The position numbers and the translations under genes are program-made. The notes beneath the pieces are model-generated. The model was not told the origin of the DNA and did not search any database. It saw only the letters and a program-made list of their open reading frames with translations. Shown piece by piece: positions 27,108 to 41,939 of a DNA stretch of 64,000 nucleotides. How positions within the stretch are numbered: position 1 is the first letter of the stretch; each line of letters opens with the position of its first letter. The stretch comes from the human T2T-CHM13v2.0 reference genome, Homo sapiens: assembly GCF_009914755.1 (NCBI RefSeq), contig NC_060926.1, one strand, 5' to 3'.

Positions 27108-29030
27108 AACCTGATTACATTTTTACATTATATTTTCAAAGATGTTAAGACTCAAGTTTAAATTCAAGTCTTTGATCTCATTTTTAGTGGAAATATATGC
27201 ATTGTCAGGAAGGCAATATTTAAAACTGCTAACCGTCCTTTACTGTCCCTGGAAATAGATTTTGAGTTTTCCTTGATAATAGTATCCACAAAGGGTGCCA
27301 GGAGGACACTGGTGTGATTATAGATGGAAAGAAGAGTCTCAAAGTGAAGAAGGTTACAGTAACAGAAGGCTGAGTGACAGGGTAAACCTTGCCTAGCTCA
27401 GAACTGTGCTCAGGGCCTGAGTTGCTTTTGAAACATGATAAAGAACCTAAGTAATTTATTCTGGGGAAAAAAGATCATGCAGTAACTCAATAGTTTAAGT
27501 ATTTGGTGACTCATTTCCAGGAAGAGACTGTACATTGGACTTTATAGAGAATATCTTAGTAGCAAGACTGATGAAAGCTGATGATACAAACCTGATGAAA
27601 GTATAGAGTGTTTCTCAGGGGATGAAGCAGAACTGACATTCACTTACTCTTATCACAATAAACAATTTTCAAATATTTTTTCCCAAAGGGAGGAATTTAT
27701 AGCTATGAAAGTATATTTAGTTATAGTAAATAATCTTTCTGTAAGCTCTTTAAATGGCCAGCTAATATGCAGAATACGAACTTTTTTGTTAGGATGGAAA
27801 AGGTGATATGTCATGGTGTCTGTTTACTTGATTGATAAAATCAATGCAAAAATTCTAGAATGCTACCATATGGTGTTCATTTGTCCCACCCTTCATGGGT
27901 TATCTCTACTATTTACCAGCTATACTAGCTAGACTTGGAAATATGCCCATTCCACAAGCATTTGTAACTAGTTGGAATTCCTATCATACCAAAAATTTCA
28001 CAAAGTGTAAACATGTTATCAAATACTTCTTTGAGAATTCAATAGGCTTTGTTCTATAAAAAATAGTTTTCATAAACCCTTTAGTAGGACATGCCTAAAA
28101 ATTGTTAAAATACTGTTTTCTAAATTTTAGAATGAAATACAAGTTTCTAAAACACTTCATGAGTTTATCATTTATAAAGATGACTTTATACCTTTAATAT
28201 TCATAATTGATTTGAGTCTCATAAGGTCCTTGTCAGAGTAGTTAAAACATTTTATCAAGGAGCACATAATATTTTTTTCCATTGGGAATGTGTTTCTACG
28301 TCTATATGTAATTTCAGAATCACATGAAAGCTTTATGGCTTTGTGGGTGCCAGCTTAGAACAGTGACTGACACAGATCAAGCTGCTGTTTTACCAGGGAA
28401 GAATTATTGGCCCTTGTCTAAGCATGATGGCGTTGCCTGGCAAAATGTTAGCTGCTTCTTTTATCATGTTATTTGTAAGTTAATATTTCAGGATATAATC
28501 ACGCATCAACAGGCAACAACATTCAAATTTAAAGAAACTCCCGATATACAGAAAAATACACGCAAATATACAAAGCAAGCAAACATCACGCAGATACTTA
28601 GGCAAGTGTCAAAAGTTAAGAAAAAAAATCTATACGACAAAATAAACATAATTTAAACAAAATTAAAACCAGCATTTTAAAAAATGATCAAATTCCTATC
28701 ATCAACATTCAATCTCCATTTTATTTTGTCCATAAAGAAATATCTCATAAATAAAACCTAGAAGACATTTCTTTCCCAAATCTTAAGGCAATAAAACAAT
28801 TCTCCTGAATCCATTTTTTAATATTATGGTTTCATAAATCAAACACATACACAGCTTTATCCCACTTGGAAGATCATACACAATAAAATCTGTGCAGCTA
28901 TTCATAAGTGGGTGTAGTACAAAGTCTCAGCCTGATAGCTTCTTTCCAGAATTCTATTATTTTAATCAAAGAAAAGGAATTATACCTCATCTGCCAGTGA
29001 ATTTCTTCACCTAAAATGCTTTCTGAGCAA

Positions 29031-29141
29031 ACATTAGAAAAACTTCGTTTTAAAAAAGAAATGTTTATGAAGGACGAAACCTACATTAGCAAAACTTCAT
29101 TTTAAAAAAGAAATGTTTATGAAGGACGAAACCTACATTAG
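29031..29141. repeat. Tandem duplication, 52-bp unit x2, bounded by ACATTAG
   Basis: ACATTAG at 29031, 29083 and 29135; the two units differ at 2 positions. Confidence 0.95.
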
Positions 29142-29891
29142 CCATTCTACTTTTAAGTGATCTTTCTGGCCTGCTACCTGCTATTCTCTGCACAATGTAT
29201 AGATCAATAAGCACACTGTGCTTTGGGATATCTACGGTTTTATTTCCTTCAACTATTATTTGAATTATTTGTTTGTATTTATCTTTCCATCAGTCTTATT
29301 ATTATGTTACCAAACTGGATTGTAAACTCTTCAAGGACATGTTCTCAAGCTCATATGACCTCATACAGCTTGGTATTCACTACAATTCCCAATATGACTT
29401 GTCTGCATTCGATTTACCCCACTTTGGGAAGGTCTTCCAACCTTAACACTGACCCTTGTTATCTGGAAATTTCACTTGTTAAAATCTGCCCCTCACTTCC
29501 ACTAGTGCATACAACTGTAATGCAGAAGCCTGTCTCTCATACTCAAGTGGGCACTTAAGCTACAAAAACCAGATATTTTGCCCTCAGAAGTTGGACATTT
29601 GTAACCGAGGAGTCAGTTTCTGAAAATCTTTAGAACTAAGTCAGTTTAACTACAGTATTTTAGATAAAAAGTCTGTGAGATTTCTAGATTTTCATTCTTG
29701 GTTGTTTACCTGCTTCTTGGATTCCTCATCATGGCTCAATATAATTCCATAATTTTTCCTTTTGGGAAGGTGGCTGGAGTTGCTTTCCCTTTCTTTGCGT
29801 TTTCAGTTATAATTCTAGGAAACTTAACTAATAAATACATACTCACTAGAATTAGCATCATGAAGGAGTTTCAAAGAAATATAGTCTTTAT

Positions 29892-30377
<486 letters not shown>

Positions 30378-33146
30378 TTAATCAAAATATTCAATCTGAT
30401 TAAAATATATTTGAAGAATCCCAGTTACACTTGTGCCAAGCTTTATTTACCTTGAGGTAGGTATGTAAGTTTTTTTGTAGTTTTTTGTTGTTGTTGCTTG
30501 TTTGTTCCTAAGTAGAATTCTCAAATCAACATCAAAATAAAGCTGTCTTTTGAAAATAATTTATCGTTCCTAAATTCTTCATTGCATTCTCTATATCATG
30601 AAATGTATTTGTGATTAGGAAGAGTCAACATCCTATAAGACATTATATACACCTCCATAATATCTTAAAAAGTAAAGACAATTTTTCCATTAGTGAGTGA
30701 GAAAAAAAATAAAGCAATCATTAAGAAGTCATATGGTTTTGGGATTTGGGGGACAAAGACACTTTGAGAGAGCATCTTTCATGACAAAGACTGTTCCTTT
30801 TTTTGAGAGGCACACAGAATCTACTTAGTAGAAAAATTATTGACTCATAAGGAAGCCCAAAGGTGGAAACCATTTATTTGTAAATCTATTTCTTGAATGC
30901 TTGTTTTTGTTTCTTAAATCAAGTTACTGAAATTGGTATTAAGAAATAAAAAATTATTTAATACACAGTCACTAAGATTATCACTCTATGGAAGAAAACA
31001 TTTGACGTGTATGTATAAGTTATATAATATATCTAGAATGTTGATGATATAAATAGAAGAGGCATTTTAACGCCTCGTAGTTTCCTGGAAAACAACTTAC
31101 CATCAAGTGTAGTGATGAAAATAAAACGCCTTAAATTCCCCCATCAACATGTGGCTATGTTAAAATTTTAACGATCAGAACACCTAATGTTCAGTCTGGG
31201 TAGTAGGACTGGTTGTAGAATACTAGATGGATAGGTTAAAACGGTACCATATGTCTTCAAAACAATGCATTGTGACTAAATGATCGGCCACAGTGCCTTT
31301 GGCAACCGTTCCTCTGAAGTTCAACTTAGAAATGGAAAATGAATGAAACTTGTTTACCACTGACTGGTTTATTTATTACCACTAACTCACTGTAATCTTG
31401 CAAAGGAAAGATCTGCTACCAGGTTTCTCATAATCTTAGGTTTTTGTCATCCTAATTCCTTTCAAACAAAAGGTTTTATTATTTGAAAGAACATTAGAAT
31501 AAAATTCCTTCTGAGATTACTTTACATTTTCTATTCATAAGCCCCAAATAATAGCACACCAGGGTAAGAGCAGCAGTCTAATATATTCGCCACATGTCTG
31601 ACCACTGATTACCTTTTATTTAGAGAAATATCCTGGACATCAGGTATAGGTTTCTTATAGCCATGTGACAACATAAAAAAAAAAATTATTGTTCTGGGAG
31701 CAAAAGGGAGCAAAACTCCTCCAGTGGCTCTTGGGTGATCTTGAGGAAGTCATTTCAATTACCCTAGGCTCAGTGTTTGCATCCAACATATGGCCATGCA
31801 AACTCTGTATTATTCACTAACTCAGTGATTCAATTCGAAAAGGAATGTCTACTAAAACTGAAGGCTGATTTTATCTTTTCAAAAGAAAAGGCAAACATAC
31901 CAAAGAAATTGCCACTCCTTTCTCTTGGAATATATAATTCATTTTACATGGCGTTTGCTCTTAATGCTTGAAAACGGGGCTCAAAGAAACAAGCCAAGTG
32001 AATAAGAATTTGCCCATGTTTTATTTCATGTAACCAGCACTCACTATGGTGGTGGCTGACTCTTTTTTTCTGGACCACAAAAAGGAGTTCATACTGTTTG
32101 CGTAAGAGATTTAAACAACCAGGTTTCATGCTTTTATCATTTGGTAAAGCTGCCAGAAGAGGTCTGAAATCTCAAACTATCAATGAGTAGAAGAATAAAA
32201 AAGATCTTACCTTTTAAAAAAGACTATGGAAAGTTGGAAAGGAAAATAAGGAAGAATATAGGTAAAGAAAGCAAAGCCAAGAGGAAGTAATAGGGTTTCC
32301 AGTACTACTTAGCATGTCAAAACTATCAGGGATTCAATCAGACTTTTTTAATTAATTTTTTTTCTCATAATACAAATACAAATTTGTATTAATACTATTA
32401 ATAATTAATAATTGATTAAATGAGTAACTTTTTTATCGTATTATTTTTCCTCAACATTTGTCTATGATTCTTAAAGGAAAAATAAAATATCACTGAATAA
32501 AACCCCAAATCTGGCTTTCTGAAGAGTATTCGACCTTGGAAAATGGTCGCATGCTTGTCACATTTAGTCTACTACATAGTTCTAAGTCTATGTAAAAATA
32601 AAAACAGATATTGCTGAACAAAGCCTTAGCAAGGCAGGACTGTGATTCAAATTGCCCTTTTCATTCAACACCTTCTGGTGAGTAGAACTAGCCAGGAGCA
32701 ATGCAGACTGGGATTAAGAAACATGACCAGCTGTCCAATGGAGTCAGGTTCTATGAAACTAGTGGCATTTTCTCTTAGAAGTAATTAAACAAGATATTTA
32801 TCATTGTTTCAGTTCAGAGAATGGAGAATATGCATTTTGAGAAGTGAGAAAATAGGATGAATTAGTTTTAAAAAAAATGGAAGAGACATGCTGGTAAGGG
32901 TAAAAGAATGAACTGATAATTTTATAAGAAATATTTTGGTGGATTTTATTATGTAGTTTTCTTTGGTTTCTCAGTTTTTTCTAACCTATGCACTTTTAGG
33001 AATAAAGTGATTATCACTAATGTGTCTAATAGCCAATTTAGTTAATGTAGCCAATTTATTTAATAATTATGACTAATGTGCCTTTATATACATTGTAAAT
33101 TACAAGCTTTAATTCTCACCAAAAACATGTTCTAGTGAATAAAGAT

Positions 33147-33530
33147 TGTATTAGTCGGCTAGGAAAATCATAACAAAATGCCACAGACTGCATGGCTTAA
33201 ACAACAGAAATTTATTTTCTCACAGTCATGGAGCCTGGGATTCCAACATCAAGAGGCCAGCAAGGTTGGTTTTTCTTGAGATCAGTCTCCTTTGTGTACT
33301 CAAGGTCACCTTGTTGTTATGTCCTCCCATGGCCTTTCCTCTCTGTGTGGGTGCATTCCTGGTGTCTCTCCTTCTTTTTATAAAGACACCAGGTATATTG
33401 GATTAGGGCTCCACTCTTAGGACCTCATTTATCCTTAATTACCTCTCTAAAGATTCTGTCTTCACATACAGTCACATTGAGGGTTAGGGTTTCAACACAT
33501 GAATTTTAGGAGGACACAATTCAGTTTATA
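33147..33530 (-). mobile_element. MLT1A/A0-like MaLR solo LTR
   Basis: TGTATTAGTC...CATAACAAAATGCCACAGACTGCATGGCTTAAACAACAGAAATTTATTTTCTCACAG...GGTTAGGGTTTCAACACATGAATTTTAGGAGGACACAATTCAG. Confidence 0.9.
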
Positions 33531-34914
33531 TCCAGCATGCGATAACTATAAAATTTTTAAATGCATTTCCTTATTATAAAGAGACTCCTTCCTTATTCAT
33601 CCATCTCTTTAAAATAGTTATTACTATGACTTAAGTTTTAGCTTCTCTTTTAATGAGAATAATACACCTAGATCTATCAGACCATTTTTAGGAAGCGTAT
33701 TTTAAAAAATTTCATATCAAATAAGATCTTGACCAAACCAAAAATTGTAAGCAGCCAATTTAGCATAAAAACCAAGAACACTGTCTACTTTGGTATAGTA
33801 TTGAAGCGACTCACCAATTTAATCAAACCACACTTAGGTGCTAGTGTAGTGACAGAATTTTAGAATAATGTCTTTAAAGAAGTGCCTACATATAACTATT
33901 AGAAAAATCACCTGAAGTTTGGAAACAAGCAATAGATTACTAGGTGCTCTTTTATTACTTTTCTATTTGCTGTTCAAAATTTACAACTCTTTAGGAACAC
34001 AACCTAATGTACAGATTTTTCTCAGGTAAATATGCAAATCATTTCTCTCCAATGAAGAGATAACTGTGAAAGTTACAATTTATTGCCCAGAAAGACATTA
34101 ACTAGTTTTATATCTAACCCAAGAATCTCACCCTAATATGTTTTCTTAAAATTACCTCTATACCTACCTCATCAAATGTTATTTGAACTGATTTTAACTT
34201 TCCTGGTCCATTCATTAATTAACAGGTTAAATAAAATATTTGACACGTCTATTTAATATTTGCCTCAGAGGCACAGATTTACCCTCCTGAAAATAATTCT
34301 TAAGCATAACCAATAAACAAATATTCATTGATTAATACCTTAGGTTGGCATATTATAATAAACAATCTAATCTGGAAATTGAATCATTAATAGAGACTAT
34401 AATACCAAATGATTTATAGTTTAATTTTAAAATTACTTGTCATGCTTTTAGGGAAAAATGGAAAATTAAAACTTTAAGAAAAGCACCTGGAACATTAAAA
34501 AAAAATTTCTGTTATTTTTATGTTTATGTAAACATATAGTAAAAGAATAGGTAAATTTCTAAATTTCTTGTTTCCCATTGTCATTTAATAACCACATGTT
34601 AATTCTGTATGTAGGCATTGTGAATACATATTTATAAAGAGAAAGAAGGGAAATTAGTATGATTTTAATCTATGGCTATTTATAATAAAGCAAATCATCT
34701 CTAACCTCATGGGCTTTGAACTCCCTATTACTAATATAGCTAGAGTCCCACATTGACTCTAAGTGTTTTGTGGGGGAAGAAGAAGCTCAATGATTTTTCT
34801 CCCAAAGAAATCTGGCCTAGTGTCCTGAACGGAAAGGAACTAGCTAGGTGGATTGTTGGTTTATGGAAACCTAAATGCAGGTAGGATCCTTTTGATATAG
34901 TCTTACTGGGTCAA

Positions 34915-35160
34915 TTCTTCTGTTTCTTCAATATTCAAGGTCAGGAATCTTTTTCCATTGGGAAGTCTTCCTTGCCTACAAACATTAGCTAAATTAGACG
35001 CCTCTGAACTCCTATGCCGCCCTTTAATTGCACTTAACATGTATTTCGTATGTTTTATGATACTGCCTCCTTCTTTATTCCATAAGCTCAATAAAAAGAA
35101 AAACTGCAATGTTTGTCATCCAACTAATTTAGTGTTTGACATCTACATACTAAGTAAATA
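34915..35160 (+). mobile_element. L2 3' fragment (degenerate)
   Basis: TCTTCAATATTCAAGGTCAGGAATCTTTTTCCATTGGGAAGTCTTCCTTGCC and ATAAGCTCAATAAAAAGAAAAACTGCAATG resemble the L2 3' end. Confidence 0.45.
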
Positions 35161-35400
35161 AACCGGGATAAAATATATTTGATCAGAGGAACTAATTAGC
35201 TTGACATAAAAACTTGAATATAGCCTTTCTCCCTGGCGGTTAGTGCTGAGGCTGAGGACAACATGCATTTACTAAAAATTCAAGAAAAGTCTAAAAAAAT
35301 CTTTTAAAAATATCCCCTCAAATCGGCATCTACTCCTCCAGAGAGTTACTATAATATTTTTTCTTCCCCTTTTATTAAATAACCCTGTCAGCAGCCAAAA

Positions 35401-36000
<600 letters not shown>

Positions 36001-36140
36001 TTGAGAAAGCACTGTGTGATGCATTTTCTGCTTTTGGTAACTTCCTTTCGTGTAAGGTAGTTTGTGATGAAAATGGTTCTAAGGGCTGTGGATCTGTACA
36101 CTTTGAGACACAGGAAGCAGCTGAAGGAGCTATTGAAAAA

Positions 36141-36950
36141 ATGGATGGGATGCTCCTGAATGGTCTCAATGTATTTGTTGGACGGTTTAGGTCTCCTAAA
36201 GAACAAGAAGCAGAACTTGGAGCTAGGGCAAAAGAGTCCAAAGTTGGACCTGCCTCAAGTGTAAAAGTAATAACTGATGAAGGTGGAAAATCCAAAGGAT
36301 TTGGATTTGTAAGCTTTGAAAGGCATGAAGATCCACAGACAGCTATGGATGTGAATGGAAAGGAGTTCAGTGGAAATCAAACTTACATTTGTCTAGCTCC
36401 GAAAAAAGTGGAAGAGCAGACAGAACTTAAGTGCAAATTTGAACAGATGAAGCAAGATAGAATCACCAGATACCAGGGTGCTAACGTTTGTGTGAAAAAT
36501 CTTGATGAGAGTATTGATGATGAACGTCTCCAGAAAGAATTTTCTCCATTTGGTATAATCAATAGTGCAAATGTTATGATGGAGGGTGGTTGCAGCAAAA
36601 GGTTTGGCTTTGTATGTTTCTCCTCCCCAGAAGAAGTAGCTAAAGCAGTTACAGCAATGAACGGTAAAATTGTGGCCAGCAAGCCATTGCATGTAGCTTT
36701 AGCTCAGTGCAAAGAACAGCGCCTGGCTCACTTCACTAACCAATACATGCAGAAGATGGCAAGTGTACGAGCTGTGCCCCACCCTGTAATCAACCCCTAC
36801 CAGCCAGCACCTTCTACATGTTACTTCGTAGCAGCTATCCCACAGACCCAGAACCGTGCTGCATACTATCCTCCTGGCCAAATTGCTCAACTAAGACCAA
36901 GTCCTCCCTGGGCTGTTCAGAGTGTCAGACCTTATCCATTCCAAATATGA
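36141..36950 (+). other. Residual 269-codon ATG-initiated ORF of the PABPC1 retrocopy (RRM2 tail, damaged RRM3, RRM4, part of the linker)
   Basis: First in-frame ATG of the 328-codon open frame, context AAAATGG. The frame is certain; whether it is translated is unknown. Confidence 0.4.
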
Positions 36951-37688
36951 CCTGTGCTATCCGCTCAGCTGCTCGTAACCACCACTCTGAGACCAGCTTC
37001 TTCACAGGTTCCACCAGTCATGTCCACACAGTATGTTGCTAACTCATCAATACAGACAATTAGTCCATGTCCTGTAGCTGCTGCTGCTGGCTCCACTCCT
37101 GCGGTCTACATCATTCCACAGTACAAATATGCTTCAGGAATTCTCATTCCTCAGCAGCATCTTAAAGCACATCCACAGGTTACCAGGAAGCAGCTTGCTG
37201 TTCATGTCCAAGGTCAAAAACTTTTGACTGCTTCCATGTTAGCATCTGCCCCTCTTCAGCAGCAGAAGCAGATATTGGGTGAAAGACTCTTTCCTCTTAT
37301 TCAAGCCACGCACCCTACTCTTGCTGGTAAAATCACTGGCATGTTATTGGAGCTTGATAATTTAAAACTTCTTCATATGCTTGTGTCTCCGGAGTCTCTG
37401 AAGCTGTAGTTGTACTACAAGCCTACCATGTGAAAGAGGCTCCAGAAAGCAATTAACAGTGCTACTGTTGTACCAACTGCTTAAAATTGATCAGGGACCA
37501 CCAAAAAACAAAAAAACAATAAAACAAAAAAAACTTGTGTTTCAACAAAGAAAAATATCTAAACATCAAAAAACTAAAATATTATGGAAAAAAATTACAA
37601 AATATAAACAAAAAAGGAAAGCAAACTTTGAACCTTATGTACTGAGGAAATACCAAGTCTAGCAAACTTACTAGTCCTAGATTACTTA

Positions 37689-38058
<370 letters not shown>

Positions 38059-38318
38059 TTATAGATCCTGGGAAAAATAATTTTCAGCAAAGTATGAAAA
38101 TTTAAAGCATTCCTTTAATTTTTTAACTCTTAACTGTGGAAAAGCTCAGAATGTCAGTTATGTTTTAAATAACAGAATTGATAACTAAACAAGGAAATAT
38201 AACTTGGATTATGAAATTCTTGGTTTAATAAAAATTCTTTAAATGGTTTAAAAAAACCTGAATAGGCTCAAAAACATAAGGTGATTATGCAGTGTATGTA
38301 CACATCAAAGGAAGATGT

Positions 38319-38608
38319 GGCTGGGTGTGGTGGCTCATGCCTGTCATCCCGTCACTTTGGGAGGCTGAGGTGGGAGGATCACGAGGTCAGGAGTTCAAGA
38401 CCAGCCTGGCCAACATAGTGAAACCCCATCTCTACTAAAAATACAAAAAATTAGCCGGGCATGGTGGCAGGTGCCTGTAATCCCAGCTATTCAGGAGGCT
38501 GAGCCAGCTGCCTGGGAGGCAGAGGTTGCAGTGAGCTGAGATCACGCCATTGCACTCCAACCTGGGCAACAGTGCGAGACTCTGTCTCAAAAACAAACAA
38601 CAAAAAAA
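38319..38608 (+). mobile_element. AluS (Sg-like) with an internal deletion/insertion
   Basis: GGCTGGGTGTGG...GATCACGAGGTCAGGAG; flanks AAAGGAAGATGT / AAAGAGAGATGT. Confidence 0.93.
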
Positions 38609-41600
38609 GAGAGATGTGTATGCATTAATACTAATATGTGAATCAAAGGATTACTCTAATTTTTTCCAAAGTAATTGCTTATTTAACCTATTCAACCATT
38701 TTGTTTGTTTCAAACCTTAATAGGAATATAAACACAATCTAACTCTCAAACAGGTTAAATCTAAACTCTCTACACCTTTATCTAGCAAGTGCTATGTTGT
38801 ATAGCTTTCTTCACTGTCACATCACAGCTATGATTTTGTAAAGCATTTATTTTTACCTCATTGGGATTTGTAGCTATTAGAATATCAAAGCTATAGGAAT
38901 ATTTCAAATATCCCAAATATAAAAACGAATTTGATTTCAAAGGGAGGTTTTACACATTTAAATGCCTGAAAATAAGGGGTATAATAAAGAGCCTGGTAGA
39001 CTGTTTACTCTGACAATATCACTGAAAATGGCTATAAAATATGATGGAAACACTGAAAAATTACCTTTGAGGAGGATGCAGAATCCGTTTTCTTTGTAAA
39101 CTGACCCTGAAGATGTGTCAAAACATTTGTAATATCCACAATAAAGAGTCAACGGCATGACTGGAAGATTTCTTGGGCCTGAAATACAATATTCATTTTA
39201 GTGATTCTTCTTATTTAATGTGGTGAGGTGAAAAACTGATATAGTCTATCCATTTTTCTTTAGGTATCCCTATTAATATCCACTTCTAAACTTTCAAAAA
39301 GCATAACTAAACAATGCAAAAAATATTTGTGATTGCCAGAGTAGCACAAGGGAACAGCAAAGACCTCTCAGCCATGAAAGAAGGAAACAAATGGGTTAAT
39401 TTTTTCAATGCTTAAAAACAATCCATCTCAACCATGTCAGTAGTCCATCTGATTTGATTTTCTTCTAACTTAAGCTAAAGTACAGGTTATTCTCACACCT
39501 CGGTAAGGATGTAAGGTATTTGAAGACGAGTCCTGTAAGATAAAAATGTCAATAATATATTTATTTTTTGCAGTAAGATGCAGCGTTTTGCAGTCCAATA
39601 ATTCAATTAGGAAAATGGAATATGCTACTCTGGTTTTTTGAACTTCTTTCCAAGTTTTTAAGAGGTTATTGTTCTAGCCTAGCAGTTATTATTACTCAAA
39701 AAATACTAAACTTTTTTTTTGTTTCTATGATGTATTTATTCTATTAATTTTTACTAAGTATTAAGTATGTATTATCAAAAATGATGCATTCTTTAACCTT
39801 TCTTATAAATCAATATTTGGAAAGATAGGCTGGTAGAACTGTTACTAAAATATGTAGGCAATTCATTCCTCATAGGGATAAAATATCTTCCAACAATTAG
39901 TAGGTATTATATCCCATTACCAATCTTATTCCATTATGACAGTCAAAAGTTTGTTTCCTGGTCAAAAAAGCGCTTCGTTTATCAGCACTTATGTATTCTG
40001 TGTGTTTCAAAGACTTTGGTAGTTGTCTCCTTGTAGTATTTCAGCTTTTAAGCTGCTTCCTTGCCTCACTGAGCTCACATAAGATACATCTGAAAGCTTT
40101 AGTACAAATTTACTTCGAATAAAGTCTTCAATTCATTTTCATGGCACCAAAAAGACAGCTTTAATAACTGCAATGACAAATAAACTGGAAATCATTCCAG
40201 GCCTTTTCACTTAACTGACAAGTAGAACACTCTCATAATGAGCCGCAGGTTTTACGTTTTCTCTTTGACCATAATAGCTTCATTTAAGAGTGTCAGACCC
40301 TGACACTTCATCATTTATCTACATTATTTCTCATCTTCTTTCAAATAAATTACGGAATACTGGACTGAGAACATAAAAACAAAGTGACTTGTTATCAGTA
40401 AACAGTAAGATAAATTGTCCAGAAGTTCCTCATTAAGTTCCTTTTAAATTTAAGGGCAAGTTATTGGGTGCACCTTTTTTAACTTCCAACGTTTGCATTT
40501 TTACAACCATCTTATTTCTCTTGCCACTGGCCTCTGCGCACTCATCCAGAGCCTGATGTGGAAGGCATAAAGTAATCCCATTATCCCAAGGTTGGCCGCT
40601 GAAGTACAAAGAGGCAGAAGGGGAGAAAATCAAATAAACAACTTCGAGAGAGATTTCTCCACATCTATAAAACCCCCCATCCATAATACATCTTGTCATA
40701 CTAGAAAATGTGACAGTTCAAAGTAATGAACAGTGCAACTGTAACTCTTTTAGCCCTTGGAAATACAGCACTGACTTTAAATGGATGGGTGAATGCCATC
40801 TCCTCTCATTGAATCTTTTTTTTTTCACCTTATGGAACTGGAGGAAATCAAATAAAATCCCGATCGGATTGTATTTCTTTTTGAAACTGTTGACCAAGTT
40901 TATGGAAATCCTCACCTCTCTTCCTTCTTGCATATTGGTTTAGTATTAATTTCAAAGGACGTAAAGAATCAGATCACATTAATACAAATATCAGTATTTT
41001 AGAAACACTAAAATGTGTTTGTGTGTGTGGTAATACATATTAAAGTCTTATTTATATGCTAAATGTATCAGTGAAAGATGTATAATGTAGATAGTCATAG
41101 GCTGATTGTATATTAACAACTTTTTATTGACTTGAGTTATTCTGGAATTAAGCCTTAAGATACTGTTGTGTTGTTTTGTTTTTCTTTTTCTAGGTATTAC
41201 AATCAGTTTGGTCATAATTATCTCACAGATTTAGCAACAATGTAACATGGAAATTTAAACACTGGTAACTTAGTAATGTTTTATAGATGCCCTACTCAGT
41301 GCAAAATTCTGATATAGGGAAATACAAGAAAAGGCTATATGGCATTACCCATCCTCAAAGTTCTCTGCAAATAGGTTTACTTATCTAATTTTGGGATGCT
41401 ATTTAGCTTCTGAGATTCTATAGTGGTGAGAATAATTTAAGGTGTGAATAATTTATATGCCTGTATATTTATATTTTGAGGAACTTTTCCAAGTTTTAGT
41501 TCCTGAGAAGTTGGTGTAATAATATGCTATTTTGGCTCCTTCTTCTAACCCAAACATGAAGATATTTCAGAAAGAGATGTTGATGAATTTCTCAGCCAGC

Positions 41601-41939
41601 AGATATCATAGAAATGTTGGTGGATGTGTGGGGGCAAAAGAAGATGGTTAGGGCTGTATGTGAATGGGAGAGTGTTGGGAGGTGGAGGTCGAGGTGGAAG
41701 GAATGCAAGGCAGAAGAACTTGGAGTAGAAACAGTCTAGGTCATGTCAATTTAGGTAGTCATACATTTTGGTGGAAAAGTGCCTTTTCCCTTCCTCTATT
41801 TTGTACCCTTGCAGGAATAGTCGGCCTAGGAGACAGGGAGAAAAGAAATATCTCTTTAAAAGACAGTGTCTGAGTAAATGTACAGATTATCTCATAAAAG
41901 CTCTTTATGCTATGGCATGTCTCCTGTCCCCTAAAGTCA

